Source of the DNA: Octopus bimaculoides
Taxonomy: Eukaryota
DNA: 64,000 bases
Direction: 5' to 3'
Assembly: GCF_001194135.2 (NCBI RefSeq)
Contig: NC_068982.1
Location: 41,386,366-41,450,365 of the forward strand
Shown: positions 13,215-23,011 of the stretch, piece after piece
Position numbering within the stretch: position 1 is the first letter of the stretch
Layout of the letters: every line of letters starts with the position of its first letter
The notes under the pieces: model-generated
What the model saw: only the letters and a program-made list of their open reading frames with translations
Told to the model about the DNA's origin: nothing
Databases searched by the model: none
Position numbers and translations under genes: made by a program

Positions 13215-13839
13215 CTCAAGGAAACCTGTATCCTGCAACACCTTGACGTGGTGTAAAGCACTCATGGCGGTGTTGTAAAACTGCCCATGCGGTGCCATGT
13301 AAAAGCTCCCATACAACAACATGTAAAAGCGGCCATGAAGTGACATGTAAAAGTGCCTGTGCTGTGACACACGAAAGCACCAATGTGACATCACGTAAAA
13401 GCACTTGTCAAGTGCCACGTAAAAGTAGCCATCACACTCTGTAAAGTGGTCAGCATTAGGAAGGGCATCCACCTGTAGAAATCATGCCATCTCAGCCTGG
13501 AGTCTGGTGCAGCTCCCCAGCTTGCTAGCTCTGGTCAGACTGTCCAACCCATGCCAACATGACAATGGATGTTAAATGATGATGATGATGATGATAATGT
13601 GTGTTTGTCTTGGCATTGTGTGATGATTTGTAAATGTGTGCTACCGTCATACAAGTGATGTTTGTTTTTAGTATGAAAAATAAATGTCTGGCCATTGGGT
13701 AATATTACTCTGGTTGGAAGGTGGTAAGGGTTGGTGACATGAATGGCATCCAGCCATTGAAAAATCTCCCTCAACAAATTGCATGGAAATGTGGACATTA
13801 CACAATGACATTAAAATATGGATATTAAACAGTGGCAGC

Positions 13840-13968
13840 AACAATCATCATCATAGTCGTCGTCATCATTGTTGTCCTCCTCCTCATCATAATAATGATA
13901 ATAATTATAATAATGATAATAATTATAATAATGATAATAATTAAAATAATGATAATAATAATAATAAA
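13840..13968. repeat. (ATC)/(ATA/ATG) trinucleotide microsatellite just upstream of the gene 1 exon at 14001
   Basis: Direct reading. Confidence 0.85.
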
Positions 13969-14000
13969 TTCATTTGGGGTTTTGATTTGATTATCTACAG

Positions 14001-14106
14001 GTGAGAATTTTTTTTCTGTTAAAGATCTAGATGTCTTGGATGGACTAAAAGAAAAGTTAGACGACTGTCTTTCAGTTGACAACATACCACAGCTTGACAT
14101 TGGCAG
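14001..14106 (+). CDS. Coding exon of unidentified gene 1 (GENFFSVKDLDVLDGLKEKLDDCLSVDNIPQLDIG)
   Basis: ctacag| acceptor, GCAG|gtgagt donor; 106 nt, phase 1/2, open. Confidence 0.8.
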
Positions 14107-15829
14107 GTGAGTATTGTGATTCTGATAATTTTTGATAAGGTTTACCATTATAATCCTCCAAATTGGATGATGATAATCATTTTTACAGAAATACCATTTT
14201 CTTATATAGCACCAAAATTCTTCTACTGATCCCGTAATTAAAGAACCATTAGACCAGTGATTCTGAGTGCTTGAGGTTATAATACAATTGATGTTGTTCC
14301 TCTACTACCTGCTATTACAATAGTGAAACCATCTTTGCAAATTCACAAAACACTCCTCAGGTATATAGTGCTTACACTGCTTACAATAATGAGTAGCACC
14401 TGCCTATAATACTAAATCACAGATATGTCTACTGGATTAGCGAGAGTTATGTATTCTGACTGTTCAGTACCAGTAAATATATATATAAACTGTAGTCTGT
14501 TTGACTGGTGAACTTATATTTTGATAATTTGGCCAGTTGGTAAATCTCCTGATAAAGAAATATTCCAATTAAAACCTTGGCCAAGAGAGAGTCTTTTCAC
14601 AGTTTCTCAACATTTGAAAAAGTAAAGCATTAACTCTTTAAACCAGCCATATCTAGTCCAAATATTCTACCTGTTTTATGTTCAAACTGGCCGGATCTGG
14701 ATTCTTGCACCTACACTACAATGTTGTTATAAAAATAAACAATCCCATTATAACAAACTCAAAGCTACGAGATAATGCATGTTTTGATAATTCAAAACAA
14801 TGTAAATTAATAATCATTACATTTGAGTAATCTGAAGTTAAAGTAATTTAAATGTTAAAGGGTTAATAATAGTCAGAAAATTTAGAAGTAAATAAATATT
14901 ATGTTTTTGTACGGGAATGATAGAATCTCCTTTATCTGACGGTCACGTTTCAAACTCTTTTGAAGTTTCGAACGACGGAAAACAGGGCTGTTCTTTTGTT
15001 ACTTGCCAAAACAGACCTTGTTGGTGCCATGTGAAAAGCACCCTATACAATCTGTAAAGTGGTTGGTGTTAGGAAGGGCATCCAGTCATAAAACCATAGC
15101 AATACACCCCTTGCTGGTGCCACATGAATAGCACCCAATCCAATCTGTGAAGTGGTTGGTGTTAGGAAAGGCATTAAAAATATGCCAAAACTGACAGTAA
15201 AGTCTGGTGCAGTCTTCTGGCTTGCCAGCTCTGGTTAAACCATCCAACCCATGCCAGCATGGAAAACAGACGTTAAATGATGAAGAAGAAAATGATGATA
15301 AAGATGATGATGATGGACTGTGGCCATGCTGAAGCTCCACTTTCTAAGGGTAGAGTTCATTACATTAACCCCTAGTACTTATTTTATTGATCCCAGAAGA
15401 ATAAAAGGTAAAGGGGACATGAATGAGATCTGATTTCAGGACATAACCAAATACCATACAATATTTTGTCTATCATCTTTACTGCCATTTTGCTTTTATG
15501 AATGACAAAGTTGACTTCTGTGATGTTTGACGTAAAGAGCCAGGATAAGCTTGCTTAATAAATGTTTCAAATTTTGGCACAAGGTCAGTAATTTCGGGGG
15601 AGGAGTAAGTTGATCCCAATACTTGACTGGTACTTATCGATTTTAAAAGAACGAAAGGTAAAGTTGACCTTGGTAGAATTTGAACTCAGAGTGTAAAAAT
15701 GGATGAAATGCTTCTAAAGATTTTGCCTGGCATGCTAATGATTCTGCCAGTTCACTACCTAAGCTCAATTAATAATCGTTGGTAATTAAGTTTAAGGTTA
15801 TTAACTTTTCTTCCTTTATTTTTTTACAG

Positions 15830-15929
15830 ATGGATGGCATACTTGAACCAACCAGAGCAATTTGATGAACAGACACTAGAGTTGTTTTTTAGTAACTCAT
15901 CTGATCCAGAATTAACTGATACTTACTAA
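15830..15929 (+). CDS. Terminal coding exon of unidentified gene 1 (RWMAYLNQPEQFDEQTLELFFSNSSDPELTDTY*)
   Basis: ttttttacag| acceptor in phase 2; TAA at 15927-15929; an AATAAA lies about 140 nt downstream. Confidence 0.8.
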
Positions 15930-16635
15930 GGTTTGATAGGATTGATACCGACATTATAGATATTGCATTAAACTGATCAGTTTTAGCAAGCATCAGTAAA
16001 TCTTTTGCAAAGCTATTCCCATAGTTCATGCTGTTTGATTGACATATCATGAAGAAACATTTTCAAATAAATCTTGAAACTATATGTTTATATTATTTTA
16101 TAATATATTTTTTGTATTATTAGTTATTTATATTATTAGGTGCAGGTGTGGCTTTGTGGTAAGATGTTTGCTTTTCAACTACATGGTTTCAGGTTCAGTC
16201 CCACTGTGTATCACCTTAGGCAGGTGTCTTCTACTAGAGTCCCAGGCTGACCAAAGTCTTGTGAACATATTTGATAGGTGGAAACTGAGTGAAGCTTGTA
16301 TACATATGTGTGTGTATGTATGTTGCTGTCTCCTTGCCTTGAGGTTATATGATAGTTGTAAGCCAGTGTCACCATCCTGCAAGTGCTGTCCATTTCCATC
16401 TTCTGAGAAATGTCTAGTCATGGGGAGATATTACTTTACTTGGAAACAGGTGAAGTTTGGCAACAGGATGGGCATCTGGCTACAGAAAATCCACCCCAAC
16501 AAATTCCATTCGACCCATGCTACCATGTAAAAATGAACGTTAAATGATGATGATGATTTCATTACCAACATTAAGGAAAACATAAATTGTAATACAGTCT
16601 ATTTTGTTGTTCTGTATTTTAGAGATGAGGAATTG

Positions 16636-16816
16636 CATTGGATGGATATGTGTCCTCATCTTGTTTGTTGTTACCACAACGTTTCGGCTGATTTACTCTC
16701 CAGCCTTCAGGGTTGGGTTCAAAATTCCACCAGGACACCTGATGAAGGCTGGAGAGTAAATCAGCCAAGACATTGTGGTAACAACAAACAAGATGAGGAC
16801 ACATATCCGTCTAATG
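16636..16816. ncRNA. Inverted pair of Penelope-type hammerhead motifs
   Basis: About 76-bp arms; CCTGATGAAGGCTG(10)CAGCC on + and CAGCCGAAACGT on - strand. Confidence 0.55.
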
Positions 16817-17257
16817 TAAATAATTTAGTCTATTTTGTAGTAATTCTGATGGGAAGATGAGTTTCTTATTCTCTTCATCATAGACAAGAAGAAAACCACT
16901 AAGTTAGCCATATCTCGGACCTGAAGGCCAACAATATCCCATACAGTATTAAGTGGAGTATCAGAATGGTCTGTGCCATACATAATGGGTCAAGGAACTA
17001 TATACTTTGTATAGTGAAAAGAACTTAATCCTTTTTAAATCTAAGAACCCCACCAACCTATTGAATTCTAGCTCTGAAATTTTCACTATACATATATATA
17101 TATCTTTTACTTGTTTCAGTCATTATACTGTGGCCAAGCTGGGGCACCACCTTGTGTATATATGTAATTTTTGTTTTTATGTTATAATAAAAACAATTTT
17201 ACATTAAATTGAAGGATTACTCAATATTTTTTGTAGAGTACAAATTTATTATTTTTT

Positions 17258-17383
17258 AACAAGAATAGTATTGACTGTGACTTTGAAGTTTTGGCCAGCT
17301 AAGCCATCATTGGACTGTAATTACAATTCGATGATGGCTTAGCTGGTTGAAACTTTGAAGTAACTGTCAATACTATTCTTGTT
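17258..17383. ncRNA. 126-bp palindrome made of two inverted, degenerate type-I hammerhead-like motifs
   Basis: Arms are reverse complements centred on TGTAA|TTACA; arm consensus ACAGT-CCGATGA-T-GGC(7)GCC-GAA-ACTTCGAAGT-(A/C)-ACTGT has hammerhead topology. Confidence 0.55.
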
Positions 17384-17411
17384 GAAGAACAATATATATA
17401 TATATATGTGT

Positions 17412-17711
17412 AACAATTAGAAAATGGAGGATAATATGCTGAACCCAACTACTTGCAGACGGTGTATCCCGTTGAATTCATTAATTTAATTCATAGCAAA
17501 ACTTCTGTTCATCCTCTAATTCCTTATGTACTTTGTACTTCTATATGTAAACCATAGTCTGCCATAGACACCTGTGCTTTGGTTCTTTCTTTCTTTTTCT
17601 TTTCTCCCCTTTTTTTGTCACTTTTGCTATGAATTAAATTAATGAATTCAACGGGATACACCGTCTGCAAGTAGTTGGGTTCAGCATATTATCCTCCATT
17701 TTCTAATTGTT
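17412..17711. repeat. Fold-back element with perfect 90-bp inverted arms
   Basis: 17412-17501 is the exact reverse complement of 17622-17711; 120-bp spacer. Confidence 0.85.
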
Positions 17712-20371
17712 TCACAAATTTTGGGTAAAACCTCCACTTTTACCCGCTCCCATTGATTGCACCTAGTATAGCACTAGCGTAGCAATAATTGGGTACCCTC
17801 CCAGCAGTATACTGGATAGATACTATCCCTTAGTGGGTTGAACCCCCAACCCTTAACTCTCTCACGTTTATATATATATATATATATATATACATACATA
17901 CATGCGTTTGTCTTTCCATTTGTATTCTTGTATTCATTGTTTATGCACTTTAGTATAAAACAATGTCACCATTTAGATGGAAGTGTTATTGTTTATGTTT
18001 GTCATAAAAACTTGTCTAGTCATTGATTAGTTTGTCATGTGAAATATCAAAAATAATTATGATGATGATGTTCCTTTGCTAAATCTGGATGTTGACCCAT
18101 TCATTTATACTCACACTAAAGTTATTTTAACCCTTTTGTTACCATATCTCTGTCGAAATATATTTCCTTTATTACTATTTAATTTTGAAAATAATGAACA
18201 ATTTAGTAAAATAACACTGAATTTTTAAACTGGTGTTTAAAACATAAATTAACATGAAATTTTGATAGGTTTTTAATTTAGATCTCTTTAAAACAGGAAA
18301 TTTGTATTATAGAGCTGAAGGCAGTTTCTGGCAGGTTGGTATCAAAAAGATCAATCTATGAAATGTTAATACATATCAATTTTGTTCTATTATTTGGTCT
18401 CTATGTTGTCCATATGGACTTTTGGCAGTTTTAATGGTGATAACTCTTCTAGTCCTTTTCTAGCATTATAATCACTCAGTATCATCATCATTTAATGTCA
18501 GTTTTCCCATGCTTGCATGGGTTCAGATGAAATTTGTTCAGCCAGAATATGCCCTTCCTGTTGCCAACTCTCACCTGTTTCTAGGAAAGGTAACATTTCC
18601 TAATGGCCAGACAAGTTTTTACACAAAGGACTGTAAATGAACAAAATTGCTTGCATGACAATGATGTTCGTTTACAACCATCACATATCAAGACCAGGGT
18701 ACACACATATCATCATCCTTTAATGTCTATTTTTCCATGATAGTTTGACCAGAGCTGACAAGCTGCACCAGGTTTGTCTGATTTAGGTTGGTTTCTATGG
18801 CTGGATGCCCTTGCTAATGCCAACCACTTTACAGTGTGTTGGGTGCTTTTTAAGTGGCACTGGCACAGGTTTCTTGCAGGCCAATCCTCTTCAGCTGGGA
18901 GAGTGGCAGACAGGAAAGCTGTGATCAAAAGATCACAGTTTACATGCCTAAGTAAGAAGCAATTGGGAAAGGTTTCTGTCATTGGACTGTGGCTCTACTG
19001 GGGTACCATCTTGAAGGGTTTTTAGCTAAAGAAATTGACCTCGGTACTTATTTTAAAGTTTAGTATTTATTCTATCAGTCTCTTTTGCTGAACTGCTAAG
19101 TTACAGGGACACAAACAAACCAACACTGGTTGTCAAGTGGTGGTGCGGGATAAACAGTCACATACACACATATGATGCTTTCTTCTCATTTCTGCCAACC
19201 AAATCCACTCGCAAAACTTTGGATGGTCCAGGATCATAGTAGAAGACACTTGTCCAAAGTGGCACACAGTGGAACTGAACTCAAAACCATGTAGATGGGA
19301 AGCAAGCTTGCCACAAGCCATGCTTGCACCTAACAGAACATTATTTTCAGAACTAAGTGATCAGTGAACATAATAATTATTAAAAGAAAAAAAAAACAAA
19401 AAACAAAAATGGCTTGTTTCTAGTATTTCATTAATACTTCATTAACAGGTTGTTAAAGTAAGCAAAAGTCAACCAAAGAAACATGTTAATATGCTCTCTT
19501 CTTATCTTTGAAGTATAAATCATTCTGAATGTTGTGGTAAAAATAAATTATATCATTTCTTCTCATCTCCTTAACACTTTTTTCTTCAGTTTAAAGATAA
19601 ATATAGAGATAGATAGGAAAATGTTTGGCAAAATCTACCTAAAGGTGAAAGACCTTTGAAAAAATGTTGATATTAGCTTAATTTAACTTAACTCGTAAGT
19701 TAAACATGAAAGAAGAGAGATAAGAAAGAAAAAAAAGAGAGGGGGGTAGTTAAGCAGCAGAAGGGGAAGTGGGTGATGGGTCACATACCCCAGAACAAAT
19801 GGATTGTTTATTTGTGCCCCACAGTAATGATTGCAATGGCGTTGCCGGGGAGAATGGCCAGTGACACTCTACCTTGCAGGACTCATTTCTCTGACAGATT
19901 GCAGTTACCTCTCTTTTGCAGAAGAAATCAGTAGTATGGGGTTTGAGAACACTTGATGTCTCTAAGGTGACTGACACAAACTGATAGCAACTCTAGTATT
20001 TATTGATTTTTTAAATTAAGACTGATTATAAAGAAATTCAATTTACATATGTAAAGTTGTGTTTTTCCAATAGATAAGAGCAGAGATATAAAAAATGATG
20101 TTGATAATACACACATATGTAAATGTTTGTTTTTATGTCAGTAATTTAATATTAAACTGAAGAATTATGTTTTTGTATCTGTTTTTCAAGATTCTTTCTG
20201 TGAATTTATGTGTTGAAACAAATTTTGTTGTCTGGAGAGTCATACTGCTTTAATATCTAATACATTCACCGGTTCAATTTCCAATCTTTTTTGTTTTTGT
20301 CTTGCAAAAACAACGAAAATTTTTGGAAAACACAAATAAAAAATAAAATAAAATAAATGAGTCTATAGCGT

Positions 20372-20712
20372 AGGAGTGGCTGTGTGGTAAGTAGCTTGCT
20401 TACGAACCACATGGTTCCAGGTTCAGTCCCACTGCGTGGCACCTTGGGCAAGTGTCTTCTACTATAGCCTCGGGCCGACCAAAGCCTTGTGAGTGGATTT
20501 GGTAGACGGAATATATATGTATGTGTCTGCCCCAACATCGCTTGACAACCGATGATGGTGTGTTTATGTCCCTGTAACTTAGCGTTTCGGCAAAAGAGCC
20601 CGATAGAATAAGTACTAGGCTTACATAGAATAAGTCCTGGGGTTGATTTGCTCGACTAAAGGCGGTGCTCCAGCATGGCCACAGTCAAATGACTGAAACA
20701 AGTAAAAGAGAG
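20372..20712 (+). mobile_element. tRNA-derived SINE family A, near full length (other copies about 5331-5935, 12893-13180, 37045-37370, 48232-48560, 56555-56935 on +; 3315-3630, 9535-9925, 18985-19330 on -)
   Basis: GGAGTGGCTGTGTGGTAAG A-box-like head, GGTTCAGTCCC B-box-like motif; high identity among many dispersed copies; GACTGAAACAAGTAAAAGAG tail. Confidence 0.8.
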
Positions 20713-21426
20713 TGGAAATTGAACTGGTGATTGTGTTAGATATTAAGGTAGTGTGACTCTCCCCAAACTCAACAAAATTATTTATTACTTTTTGTCAAGT
20801 ATTTAGTTATTATACTTTTACAAGAGGGGTGAGTGACTCCAAAGGTTCAACCTGTTAGATAATCTGACAAAGATTAGCAGGCTGAAACATCAAAGTCACT
20901 GTCACCTATTATCATCATCGTTTAATGTCTGTTTTCCATGCTGGCATGAGTTGAATGGTTTGATAGGAGCTGTCCAGATTCCAATTGATGTTGTGGCATG
21001 GTTTCTATGGTTGGATGCTCTTACTAATGCTGGGTGCTTTACACGTGTCACTGGCGCATTTACACAGCACTGGCATGAGTATTTTATATGGTACCAGCAA
21101 CTATAATGGACAAGTGTGTATGTATGGATGACAGCGATTTTATTTAGCTTGACATGTCTTATTTTAAATTGTGTAGCTAAGTCAAACTGTTATTGTGTAT
21201 ATATATATATATATTTAATTTATGTATATATTAATATTATCTCAGTTGAAAAAACTTTGATAATGAAAATATGTTAATAGTTACCAGGGTAGCAAAAATT
21301 ACACGAAAACTGGGATATCATACCCGGTTAATAGGTAGAAATACCAAATTAAAGTGATGTATTTTTAGTAGATATGAAGAATAATTATAAATGGAGCAAA
21401 ATGCATATAATCAACAAGTTCCTTTA

Positions 21427-21515
21427 ATTCCTGCATATGTTTCAAACTTTATGTGCACTCTACTCCAAAGAAGTAAGAGGTGCTGGAATTGCACATAAAT
21501 TCATCGTCAGGGAAC
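21427..21515 (-). ncRNA. Type-I hammerhead-like motif (degenerate), probably in a Penelope-like terminal repeat
   Basis: GTTCC-CTGACGA-T-stem II (TTTATGTGCA/TGCACATAAA)-GAA-ACATATGC-A-GGAAT on the minus strand. Confidence 0.6.
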
Positions 21516-22426
21516 CAACATACCAAAGCAAGACGTGCATTAAGTGCTAAGGTTGTGTACGAGTTATAACATTATATAGCTAAGTAAATAACCGTTAGAA
21601 ACAAGAACGCTGGTTGACAGGGAGCTATTAAGGGAGAGAGGCTATGAACGCTATACTAAAAGTTTAAATTAGAGGAAGGCATAATGGGCCGCAGTAAAAT
21701 CCAGAAATCTAAAGTTCAAAAAGAAAACCAGGAAACTAAAAACTAGTATATATATGTGTGTGTGAATGCCTACAGGCATTGGCGATCATAGTCTTTGTGA
21801 AAGTCTGAAGAGTTATGATTTTTCTTGGGAAATATGCAGCAGTGGATTTCTGTTGCCTTCTGCCAGTTTATTTACAGTTTACTTGAGTTAACCTTTGTGT
21901 GTTACAGGATCTGTAACTTTAGGCACAACTGGTTCATATAAACATCAGAACATGTTCACACACACCAGTGCCCTCTGAGTCTTATATGTTCAAGCCAAAA
22001 TACTATTTTCTGCAATTTGACCCATAACTGGGGCCCTTTGATAAGTACTATCACCTCAAGTCAGAACTGACCCAGAAGCAGTGATAACTAAGGGGTAATT
22101 CCATGCTTCCCCCAAACTCTTTAACCTCTGAACTGGATAGAGGTTCACAACTACATACAGTTCAGCTCTTTTTGAAACCAGCCCTCCTGAAACTACTGCT
22201 GGTTCTATGAAACAAATTCCAGTTTTAAAATGATCTAAATTAAACCATACATAAAATATTTCATGTTAACTTTTGTACCAGATATCAGGTTAATAATGAC
22301 TAAGTTATTTTATTAAATGTGTCATTTTCAAAATTAATTACAAAAAATGCAGTGAATTTCATCAGAAATATGGTAACAAAAGGATTAATATCTTAGCCTG
22401 AAAAATAAATATATATATATTATATA

Positions 22427-22644
22427 CAAGGGGGTGCTGAAAAGTTCTTGGCTTTGGGTAAAAGAAAATACAGGAGGATCAGTTAATTATGGTTTTATTC
22501 AGCATACCCCCCTCTCAGATTCACACACTTATTGCAGAAGTCCTTCATTTTTTTTTAAGCCCTCTAAAAGAATTCAGAAGGTTGGGCCTCCAACCAGGCC
22601 CTTTGCAATACCCTTAAAGCCAGGAACTTTTCAGCACTCCATTG
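22427..22644. mobile_element. Mariner-type MITE
   Basis: About 29-bp TIR CAAGGGGGTGCTGAAAAGTTCTTGGCTTT / AAAGCCAGGAACTTTTCAGCACTCCATTG, TA on both sides. Confidence 0.8.
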
Positions 22645-22950
22645 TATGTCCATCTTTTCGATGGTGGCATGTGTCAGATGAAATTTATTGAGACAGTATT
22701 CAATAACCTTCTAGATACCATCCTTCACTTGTTCTCATCTCTTTACAACATCAAATTGTTGAACTGCTAGATTTTCTGTTTATACATGACAAAGATAACA
22801 CTACTACCCAAGCAGTACCAACATGAAACATGCAGAAACAAATACACAACTACATAGAATATATATAACAGATTGAAATGACAAAGGAATAAATGATTAT
22901 CTTATGAATGTCATTAGCTTACGGCTGTATCTGCTATAAAATGCAGTGGA

Positions 22951-23011
<61 letters not shown>

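Noticed and set aside
13215-13440. CRISPR-like spacing of short conserved GTAAAAGC words with variable spacers
   Set aside because: The repeats are too short and degenerate, they lie inside a eukaryotic SINE, and no cas genes are present.
13825-14148. Poly-Ile ORF on the minus strand
   Set aside because: It is a trinucleotide microsatellite translation.
17258-17383. G-U bias explained as a retro-inserted, ADAR-edited (A-to-G) transcript
   Set aside because: The reconstructed ancestral bases indicate mostly C-to-T changes at CpG sites, not A-to-G.
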